Source: Bacteroidaceae bacterium
Lineage (GTDB): Archaea > Thermoplasmatota > Thermoplasmata > Methanomassiliicoccales > Methanomethylophilaceae
NCBI GenBank assembly: GCA_963656905.1
Contig: CAVKKO010000001.1
Location: 4,476 to 68,475 of the forward strand
Length of the DNA stretch: 64,000 nt
Direction of reading: 5' to 3'
Below, piece after piece: positions 56,610 through 64,000 of this stretch. Every line of letters starts with the position of its first letter. Position 1 is the stretch's first letter. The notes under the pieces are model-generated. The model worked only from the letters and a program-made list of their open reading frames with translations, had not been told where the DNA came from and made no database searches. The position numbers were made by a program, and so were the translations under genes.

Positions 56610-57926
56610 TCAAGCGCCGACAGACACGTTGGTGATACGCCCGTGTCCGATGAACTTGTCGATACGGGTCTCCATCCTTGCGTGGATGACAGACTTCTCG
56701 AGAAGCTGGCGGGTGATGGCGATGTTGTCGACGGTGTAGACGCTGACAGGGGTCAGCATTCCCATCCAGATGTGGTTGGTGTCGAGCAGGTACAGGTCTC
56801 CCATCTCGGTCGAGAGGGGGCGCTGAGTGGCCCAATTGTACGCTATGTCGTAATCGGGCATGAGCGGGATGTTGAGGTAGGAGTTCATGAGGATTCCTCC
56901 CTCCCTTCCGGGGAAGGTCTTGACACCGGCGAAGGTCCTCTGCACACTGACAGAATCGAGGTACAGGTTCCTTGCCCTGAACTGAGCGGCTATCTTCTGC
57001 TCGGCGAGCTGAGAGATGGCCCACATCTTGTTGTTGACGTTGCCCATGTCATCCCATCCGGGGACACAGAGCCTCCAGAGGCTGTCGAGATAGTCGAGGT
57101 CCATGGTTCCGCCATCGGCATCGACGAGGTTCCCGTCGAAGCTAGTCGTCTTGGTGGACCTGAAGTCGTACAGGTCTCCTTTCTTTCCTCCATAGGGAGA
57201 GACCATGTCGTCGGTGATAGTCACTCCGCGGTTGGTCTTGCCGACCTCCTCGTACGAAGAGATCATCCTGGCAAGTCCCTGCAGAGACGTCTCGACGGTG
57301 GCCCCTGCAGGAGTCATATCGCTCTTGCTGGACCAGTCTCCGTTCCTGACGGCGGTAGGCTGTTTGCAGCCGATAGGCCTGAGGATGGCGAGATTGATGT
57401 TGTGAGCATAGGTCTCCGCAATCATCTTGGCGTACTGCTTGTGGCTGGAGACATCGTCCTTGCCTTCGACGGCCATCAGGCCGAGACCGTAGTCCCACGA
57501 GAACGGGACCTCTTTGTAAGGCTCGGCCAGCTCGAAGACGGGCATGAACTTGGACTCGGGAATCTTTCCGTCCTGGACGGTCTGGTATCCGATACCCTGG
57601 AAGTTGCCGTTCTCATCGAGTCCGACGTCGGCATGCTCGGGCGCGATACGGACACCGATGTGGTCGTAAGGCCTGGAGCCGATGGCAGTGTATGTGTTTT
57701 TGCACTGCATCATGCCTGCCATGATGTCGGCGCCGTATATCTCGTTGAAGTAGCCGTTGTCTCCATAGGATGCGACTCCGTCAGACCTCCTGATGGCGCT
57801 GCCTGCGAAGATCTGCCAGCCGCCGTTGTAGAAGTCGTCGTACAAGTCCATCATGGCCTCGGGGGTAGGAGAGTACGTGCTCCCGTACTGAGACCCGTGC
57901 CTGTAGAATTCACCTGCTTCTGACAT
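56610..57926 (-). CDS. Major capsid protein (probable HK97 fold)
   Basis: 438 aa; downstream of portal, protease and scaffold genes; DLYLLD and HGRITN C-terminal motifs; own TATA box and AGGT RBS. Confidence 0.85.
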   Translation of the reverse strand: MSEAGEFYRHGSQYGSTYSPTPEAMMDLYDDFYNGGWQIFAGSAIRRSDGVASYGDNGYFNEIYGADIMAGMMQCKNTYTAIGSRPYDHIGVRIAPEHADVGLDENGNFQGIGYQTVQDGKIPESKFMPVFELAEPYKEVPFSWDYGLGLMAVEGKDDVSSHKQYAKMIAETYAHNINLAILRPIGCKQPTAVRNGDWSSKSDMTPAGATVETSLQGLARMISSYEEVGKTNRGVTITDDMVSPYGGKKGDLYDFRSTKTTSFDGNLVDADGGTMDLDYLDSLWRLCVPGWDDMGNVNNKMWAISQLAEQKIAAQFRARNLYLDSVSVQRTFAGVKTFPGREGGILMNSYLNIPLMPDYDIAYNWATQRPLSTEMGDLYLLDTNHIWMGMLTPVSVYTVDNIAITRQLLEKSVIHARMETRIDKFIGHGRITNVSVGA

Positions 57927-57983
57927 GGTAATTACCTTTGTTCCTTTTATCGTCTGTTTGGTTTATAAAGCATACTGAAAAAA

Positions 57984-59552
57984 TCAAGCCGCTTTCCTTA
58001 TCCTGAGGCCCGTCGTGAGCCTGTTCATCTGCTTGGCCATCTCGTCAGGCTCGCCGTCGCCCTCTGTGGGAGCGAACGATTTCCTGAGGTTGTTGAGCGA
58101 ATCCGAGAGCTGCCTGTCCTGCATCGCCTCGTCTCCCCTGCTCCTGTAGTCGCCCATGGCGGACATCGCCGCGGGACGAGATGAGGACTTGATGCATCCG
58201 CCTTCCGCGAACACCTTCCTGACATCGAGGTCGGACGTCCTCTGATAAGAGGGCATCTCTGACCTCCTGAGAGGCATGAAGGCGTCCTGAGGGACCTCCT
58301 TCTCGTTCATGACGGCCTCCATGACGTTCATCCTGTCTCCGAAGAAGCTCTTCTTGACGCCTGTCTCGCCGGGCTTGATGTCCGTCACCCCGGTCGCCTT
58401 GTCGACGGCATCGTCGGTGACAGCATCGGAGGCTTCCTCGGCAGGCGTGTCTCCGCCCGCGTCGTCGGCCTTCTCAACGTCTTCCTCGTCCTCGGACTTG
58501 TCGCATCCCTCGGACTTCTTGACCTTGTCGTCGTCCTTGTCCTCTTCTGCGGACTTCTCCTTCTCCGCCTCGTCCTCGGTCTGCCCCTCTTTCGGGCCGT
58601 CGTCTGCGGGCTCGCCACCTGCGGGCTCTCCTCCCGTCTCAGGGGGCATGTCACCGGGCATGTCGGAAACGCCGCCCTCCGCAGGGGGCATCTCGGGCGC
58701 GGGAGCCTCCGCAGGGGGCATTCCTCCCATGTCGGGCGCACCGCCCATCGCCTCTGCAGGCATGGCGGATATCTGCGCAGGGTCGGGCTCAGCGGGAAGC
58801 GGCGCAGCTCCGAACGTCTGGGCCCAGAGAGCCTGGACGCCTTCGATGAACTGCGTTATCTTGGCGACCTCCTCCATGTCGCCCTGGTCCAGGGCGTTGT
58901 GGGCCTCGCTGGTCATGCCTGCGAGCATATCGGAGAAGACATCGTCTTTGGTGTAGGCGAACTGAGAGTAGTCGGGCATGCCGCCCATGTCCTCCCCCAT
59001 CGGAGGCATTTCTTCCATGCCGGGGGCTCCAGCATCCATGCCGGGTGCTCCTGCATCCATCGGAGGCGCACCGCCCATGTCAGGGGCTCCTGTGTCCATC
59101 GGAGGCATCCCCCCCATATCTCCTCCCACATCGGGAGCCGGGGGCACGCCTGCGCCCATGTCAGGCGCAGGGGGCATGTCCATAGGCGGGGCATCCATAG
59201 GGGGCGCACCGCCCATATCGGGTGCGGGGGCGCCCATGTCAGGGGCCCCGGCGTCCACAGGGGACATTCCTCCTGCATCTTCCCCCATGCCGGGGTCGGC
59301 GGGAGGCATCTCTCCGGGCGCGCCCATAGGGGGTGCTCCCCCGAGGGCGGCCGCCTGGTCATTGGCCGCGTCGATGGCCCCCTGGTCTCCTGCGAGCTGG
59401 GGGATGACTGTCTCAGCGGTACGGGAAGTGTCGTTGCCGACGTCCGCGAGAAGGTTCGCAAGGACATCGAGCTTGCTCGAAACGGTGGCGTCGGATTTCT
59501 TGACGCCGTCAATCTGGTCTTGGAACTCATCCCAAGCTTGATCCGCATTCAT
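57984..59552 (-). CDS. Scaffold-like low-complexity protein
   Basis: Directly upstream of the capsid gene; P/M/G/A/D repeats; acidic. Confidence 0.7.
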   Translation of the reverse strand: MNADQAWDEFQDQIDGVKKSDATVSSKLDVLANLLADVGNDTSRTAETVIPQLAGDQGAIDAANDQAAALGGAPPMGAPGEMPPADPGMGEDAGGMSPVDAGAPDMGAPAPDMGGAPPMDAPPMDMPPAPDMGAGVPPAPDVGGDMGGMPPMDTGAPDMGGAPPMDAGAPGMDAGAPGMEEMPPMGEDMGGMPDYSQFAYTKDDVFSDMLAGMTSEAHNALDQGDMEEVAKITQFIEGVQALWAQTFGAAPLPAEPDPAQISAMPAEAMGGAPDMGGMPPAEAPAPEMPPAEGGVSDMPGDMPPETGGEPAGGEPADDGPKEGQTEDEAEKEKSAEEDKDDDKVKKSEGCDKSEDEEDVEKADDAGGDTPAEEASDAVTDDAVDKATGVTDIKPGETGVKKSFFGDRMNVMEAVMNEKEVPQDAFMPLRRSEMPSYQRTSDLDVRKVFAEGGCIKSSSRPAAMSAMGDYRSRGDEAMQDRQLSDSLNNLRKSFAPTEGDGEPDEMAKQMNRLTTGLRIRKAA

Positions 59553-59614
59553 GTCGTAAGAATATATGTTGTGGTATAAAAAGAGGTTTCATGGTAAAAG
59601 GTTTTTCCGATGCC

Positions 59615-60271
59615 TCAGCACATCTGCCCGATGGATTGGAGCATCTGCAGGGCCTTCAGGACGAGCGCGGGGTCGATAGCCGCGACCTGCTGCATCTGCG
59701 GACCTGCCATGAGCGCCCTCATATCGACGGCGGAAGCCGCGGGGGCCTCGATAGGCATCTCGGCCGCTTCGACAGGGGCATCGGGAAGCTCCTCGGGAAC
59801 CTCTTCGACAGCGATATCGACCTCGGGCTCATCGTCGCCTTCGGGGATGTCAGAGGCCTCCTTGTCCTTGGGGGCATCCTCCTTGTCGTCGTCCTTGCCC
59901 TTCTCGGACTCCTTGTCATCCTCTTCGTCTTTATCATCCTTGGAAGCTTTCTCCAGCCTGTCGCAGAACATAGCCAACACATCGGAGATGCGCTTGATGC
60001 CTGTGTTCATGCCCTCGATGTCCTTGCTGGTGATGGCCTTGCAGACATTGTCGATGCCCTCCAGCATGTAGGGGTCCATGCCGCCCTTCCTGAGGTCGGT
60101 CATAGCCTGCACCGCGGCGTTGGCCACGTCGAAATCAGTCTTCTTCATCCCCATCATGGAGTAGTACATCTCCTGCGCATCGGTGCCTGTGCCGTTGACC
60201 AAGCGCATGAGCCTCATGGGAGAGGGCATGTCCCTCTGCTCCCATTTGCCGTAAGGGTTGTATGATGCCAT
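59615..60271 (-). CDS. Acidic head-module hypothetical protein
   Basis: Position in the head module; GGAG RBS. Confidence 0.7.
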   Translation of the reverse strand: MASYNPYGKWEQRDMPSPMRLMRLVNGTGTDAQEMYYSMMGMKKTDFDVANAAVQAMTDLRKGGMDPYMLEGIDNVCKAITSKDIEGMNTGIKRISDVLAMFCDRLEKASKDDKDEEDDKESEKGKDDDKEDAPKDKEASDIPEGDDEPEVDIAVEEVPEELPDAPVEAAEMPIEAPAASAVDMRALMAGPQMQQVAAIDPALVLKALQMLQSIGQMC

Positions 60272-60293
60272 AATCTGTCATCTCCTATTTGAT

Positions 60294-61316
60294 TTAAATA
60301 CTGCTCGCAAACCAGAACCCGTCGTCACGGGCCTCTATCATGCCCAGAGTGTAAAGGTCCTTGAACCTGCTCTCAGGCATCCAGAGCACCTCTCCGTCAC
60401 GGGTTATCTCCCCGTAGCGGTATGATTTCTTGAACTCCGCCTCCAGCACCTTCTCGGGAGAAGGTATCAGGACGCCGCCCTCGCAGGGCTCCGCACGGTA
60501 GCCTGCCTCGGCTATGCTGGCGCAGTCCTCGGCGCTCAGCCCGGGGATGAACACGCCCTCTTTCCTGGCGTGCGCCTCTATGCCCGACTTGCGAAGCCTG
60601 TTGCGCATGAGCATTATGGGGCAGTCCTCTTCCGAGCGATGGAGCATGACCTCCTTCAGGTCGAGGACCGCAGCAGGCTCGCCGATGCTCTTGTCCGATT
60701 TTGCCAGCGCGGCATCGTTCTGCCATATCAGGGTAGCGTACTTGTTGATGGGATGCGGGGTGACCGCGATCTCCATGAGCTGCCTCATCTTCCTCCTCAC
60801 GTAGCACCCGTGGTCGCTGTCGCAGGTCCTGTCCTCCTTGGATGCGTCGCCTGCGACGGAGAGCTTGTTGGCGCCTTTGGAGAACGCCTTCCTGGCCGTC
60901 TTGTACACAGGCTCGTCGCCTTTGAACAGGTTGCCCCATACGGATATCCCGGGGCCGTTCTCGGTCTCGATGGGCTCCCAGCCCCAGACCGTGCCGATGA
61001 TGTAGTTGGAATGGTCCCAGCTCATTGGCCCCGAATGGGCTATGTAGTCATCCATCAGGTCTTTGACGGAATCCAGGTCCACTAGCTCCCTCTGCTTGTC
61101 CACCGTCTCGACTGTCGCTTTAGCACAGAATGAATACGATGAGGGAGAATCTTTCACGCTGTACCAGGCGTTCCTGCGGGCCGCCAGCACATCGCTCTCG
61201 CTGGGGTCGTCTATGCCGTCTATAGATTCGTTGTACTTGTCCATCCAGGCACGGGCATCCGTGTCGCTCAGAGCCGACCTCACCTGTGTCGGAAGCTCCT
61301 TGATATTTTGATACAT
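60294..61316 (-). CDS. ChaB domain fused to a prohead protease
   Basis: YQNIKELP.QVR...AWYSVK; ATVETVDKQRE, WDHSN, KLSVAG, EIAVTPHPINKYA. Confidence 0.8.
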   Translation of the reverse strand: MYQNIKELPTQVRSALSDTDARAWMDKYNESIDGIDDPSESDVLAARRNAWYSVKDSPSSYSFCAKATVETVDKQRELVDLDSVKDLMDDYIAHSGPMSWDHSNYIIGTVWGWEPIETENGPGISVWGNLFKGDEPVYKTARKAFSKGANKLSVAGDASKEDRTCDSDHGCYVRRKMRQLMEIAVTPHPINKYATLIWQNDAALAKSDKSIGEPAAVLDLKEVMLHRSEEDCPIMLMRNRLRKSGIEAHARKEGVFIPGLSAEDCASIAEAGYRAEPCEGGVLIPSPEKVLEAEFKKSYRYGEITRDGEVLWMPESRFKDLYTLGMIEARDDGFWFASSI

Positions 61317-61749
61317 GATAATCACCTATCCTATGGCACATCATCTGCTTTTTGGTCCCTTTGACGTCTATTCCATCCATCCACCCTATGCATCTGACCA
61401 CATCGGCATGGAGCATGCCCATTTCCGACGCCAGGTCCCTTACAGATATCCACCCTGCATAGGGGATATGGGATTCCAGGATACCATATATGTCGTCGCA
61501 ATGGTAGCGCCAGTACATAAGATGCGCCCAGATGCGCCTGGCCTCGGCATCGTCGGCGTTGAGCCTCACGGACCTCCCCCACTCTTCCGAATCGGATTCC
61601 ACGTCCGCACCCGGTATCTGCGACAGTATGGCGGATATCTGACGGGGCGTGGCCTCTGTGAGATAGGATATCTCGGTGACGCTCACCCACCTGTTGCGCA
61701 TGTCCAGCACGGTGGAGCCGACCAGGGCGCGCAGGTTGTCGCGTCTCAT
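61120..61749 (-). CDS. Tandem winged-helix protein
   Basis: WVSVTEISYLT and WISVRDLASEMG; long 3' overlap with the next gene. Confidence 0.55.
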   Translation of the reverse strand: MRRDNLRALVGSTVLDMRNRWVSVTEISYLTEATPRQISAILSQIPGADVESDSEEWGRSVRLNADDAEARRIWAHLMYWRYHCDDIYGILESHIPYAGWISVRDLASEMGMLHADVVRCIGWMDGIDVKGTKKQMMCHRIGDYHVSKYQGASDTGEVGSERHGCPCLDGQVQRIYRRHRRPQRERCAGGPQERLVQRERFSLIVFILC

Positions 61750-62375
61750 ATCGGCCCCCTGACCTCGGAATGGATGTCCTTCTCCCAATCTATGCTGTTG
61801 CCGACAGGCCCGTCCGCTTCAGTCACATAGATAGAGTTCTTCAGAACCCCCAGGTCGCTGTCGGGAGCACGGAGCCCCTCGACGTCCTGTCCGTTGATGT
61901 TGTCCTTTATCTTATCGGCCAGGATGTGCGCAAGGCCCTCTATGGGGTCGTCGTAGTCCTCCGAAGCCTGTTTCATGTACTCTTCGATATGGTCTTCCAC
62001 ATCATGCAGGGCGGGACGGATGAACGGGTGGGGCGCAAGCCCGTTCTTGATCACATTGTGATAGGTCGCAGAGGCGAGCCTGAATGCATCTTTAAGGTCG
62101 CCTGTGTGCCGTGTGGCCCATAAGTACAGTGAATAAAACGTATCGGTCACCCAGCGCTCTGTGACGTTCCCATCCGAATCATAGAATATCTTGCGTGTCT
62201 TGGACCCTTTGGATTCGGCGCCCTTGGTCCCGAACTCCAGAGAGAGGGCATAGGGCGCGTCGATGACCACGCTCCAGCTCTTCATCTTCTCCTTCATCTG
62301 CTTTTCGATAGAATCTGCCAGCGCGTCGACATCTATAGACGCATTCACCGGGACTTCGATGCCTTTGTCTGCCAT
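61746..62375 (-). CDS. HK97 gp10-like neck/tail component
   Basis: YALSLEFGT, PHPFIRPAL, LKNSI. Confidence 0.75.
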   Translation of the reverse strand: MADKGIEVPVNASIDVDALADSIEKQMKEKMKSWSVVIDAPYALSLEFGTKGAESKGSKTRKIFYDSDGNVTERWVTDTFYSLYLWATRHTGDLKDAFRLASATYHNVIKNGLAPHPFIRPALHDVEDHIEEYMKQASEDYDDPIEGLAHILADKIKDNINGQDVEGLRAPDSDLGVLKNSIYVTEADGPVGNSIDWEKDIHSEVRGPI

Positions 62376-62376
62376 C

Positions 62377-64000
62377 TCATATCTCCGCCGCGTCATCGGC
62401 CTCGCGCTGGGTCAGCTCTTCCTCGTTCTTGACCTCGTCGATGTCATGGTCCTCCCTCCTGGCGGTGCCGTTCTCGGGCGGCCCCTCGCCGTCTCCGGGC
62501 AGGATGCCCTCATCGGGAGCGATGGGGCTCGCGCCCCCGCCCGCCCTGGATTCTCCGGGGCGCAGGAGGCCCTGCCTTCTGAGCTCTGCCTCCTGCATCA
62601 TCTGCTCCATGGGGATCTCGCCGTACCTGAACTTGCCGTCGATGAATCCGTAGGGGATGCCGAGCTGCTGCATGCCCTCTGTGACTTGGATGTTGTCGAC
62701 CATCTGCTTGACATCGGTGTATGCCTTGGACGGCCTGCCGAGGACGAGCTCCCAATCGGTTATCTTGGTGGATATCTTCCTCTGGATCCATTTGAGCGCA
62801 TTGTCTATCTTGTTGTAGCGGCCGAGGATATACCTGTCGAAGATGGTTATCTGCTGAGACTCGTTGTTCATCCCGCCCGATGCCTCCACATCGCCTGCCA
62901 GGATGTTCGGCAGGCACCCGTGGGCGCATATCTTCGCAGTTATGTCGTCGCGTATCATCATGAGGTCCTGCGACGATTCCACGCCCAGGTCCAGCACCTG
63001 CGCGTCCATCTGAGGCACGCCGGGCACGGGCATGGGCGTGCAGACGATGGGGATTGAGTTGGTGTTCTTGCTCAGCACGTCAGCGATGCCCTTGGAGATG
63101 TTCTTCCCCTCGCCCTCGTTGAATCCGGGGAGGACGAGTATCTTCCTGACGTAGCCGAACTTGTACTTCTTGAGGTTGTGCTTGTTCTGATAGTGGTAGA
63201 TGAGTAGCTCGTCTTCCATGTCCAGCCAGGACGGCCTCCCGTAGATGAGCGCAGGGGAGTCCCAGCAGTCCTTGAACAGCTCGTCCGCGCCGTATACCAG
63301 ATAGTTGCCGTTTCCGCCGTATTGCGAGCCTATCTGCCAGATGGCGGGAACGAGAGCTTTGCCCTCCCTGGTGGCGATGTTGAGCGCTTCGGGGTCCTGG
63401 TCGAGGTCCAGGAGGATGTCGCGGTCTTCATAGGTGAACGCGAACCTGCGCCCGGGCATCCCCGTCTCGTCGTAAAGGTACTTGACGTACTTGGGGTCCT
63501 GGGAGACGAACTCCAGAGGCACCTGGCGCTTCATGTTGCCATCTTCATCTACAATGTCTCCCGTGACGCACAGAATGTAGCCCTGATTGTAAAGGAGCTC
63601 GGATTCGGCGAAGGACCATAGCACGTCCAAGAGGGTCTGGCCGTTGTTGTTCGCTTCCTCGATGAAGCTGACTCTCCTCCCTGCGGCGTTGTAATGGTCC
63701 AAGTACTTCTTCTGAGATTCGTCGGGACGGCGGAGGCGGACGCTTCCGCATTGGGAGCATTCCTTCACATAGTATTGGGTCTCATGCCCGCATTCCTCAC
63801 ATTTGTAGGCGAACTTGGGCTTGATGTCTATCTCGTACCTGAACAGCTCCATGCACGTGCGCTTGATGACTGTCGCGAGGATGGGGACATTGGTCCGATA
63901 CCAGTCCATGAGCGTGTACATGTACCAGTACTGGTTCTCATACTGGAGCTCGTAGCGCTGGTTGGACGGACGCCTGGCGCCTTCGATGGTCGCGGGGACC
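62377..64000 (-). CDS. Portal protein (5' end beyond the window)
   Basis: Frame is open to the window edge; YGRPS; MMIRDDITAKICAHGCLPNILAG; position at the start of the head module. Confidence 0.85.
   Translation of the reverse strand, partial: VPATIEGARRPSNQRYELQYENQYWYMYTLMDWYRTNVPILATVIKRTCMELFRYEIDIKPKFAYKCEECGHETQYYVKECSQCGSVRLRRPDESQKKYLDHYNAAGRRVSFIEEANNNGQTLLDVLWSFAESELLYNQGYILCVTGDIVDEDGNMKRQVPLEFVSQDPKYVKYLYDETGMPGRRFAFTYEDRDILLDLDQDPEALNIATREGKALVPAIWQIGSQYGGNGNYLVYGADELFKDCWDSPALIYGRPSWLDMEDELLIYHYQNKHNLKKYKFGYVRKILVLPGFNEGEGKNISKGIADVLSKNTNSIPIVCTPMPVPGVPQMDAQVLDLGVESSQDLMMIRDDITAKICAHGCLPNILAGDVEASGGMNNESQQITIFDRYILGRYNKIDNALKWIQRKISTKITDWELVLGRPSKAYTDVKQMVDNIQVTEGMQQLGIPYGFIDGKFRYGEIPMEQMMQEAELRRQGLLRPGESRAGGGASPIAPDEGILPGDGEGPPENGTARREDHDIDEVKNEEELTQREADDAAEI

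Noticed and set aside
61120..61316. Frameshift fusions at the long overlaps (also 25159-25336)
   Set aside because: No slippery heptamer noticed and the downstream genes have their own RBS; loss of a stop codon is simpler.

Overview
The window is most of the genome of a tailed (Caudoviricetes-type) virus, very probably archaeal and likely infecting Methanomassiliicoccales. The host call is inference from TATA-box promoters with leaderless starts, a tRNA-Gln with an A1-U72 pair, YgjP-like, DUF2080-like and InlB-B-repeat proteins, and near-total avoidance of TAG stops. Layout: tail genes (1-10.4 kb, minus); recombination and replication genes (10.5-17.6 kb, minus); an origin-like repeat region; a ParB-like gene and a 1838-aa orphan; a divergent plus-strand block of small genes separated by conserved intergenic repeats (27.6-35.8 kb); 2.2 kb of repeat-rich non-coding DNA; about 40 tightly coupled plus-strand genes (zinc ribbons, intein-containing C5 methyltransferase, ThyX, SprT-like protease, tRNA-Gln, dUTPase); and head genes (56.6-64 kb, minus). 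Strongest novelty candidates: a cassette-like early-gene array sharing a TATAC-N7-GTATA palindrome, an in-frame TAG that may be read as pyrrolysine, a canonical kink-turn hairpin and two other structured intergenic RNAs, an HNH endonuclease present as two separate halves, and catalytically dead YgjP-like paralogs. All family assignments are by eye from motifs; no searches were run.
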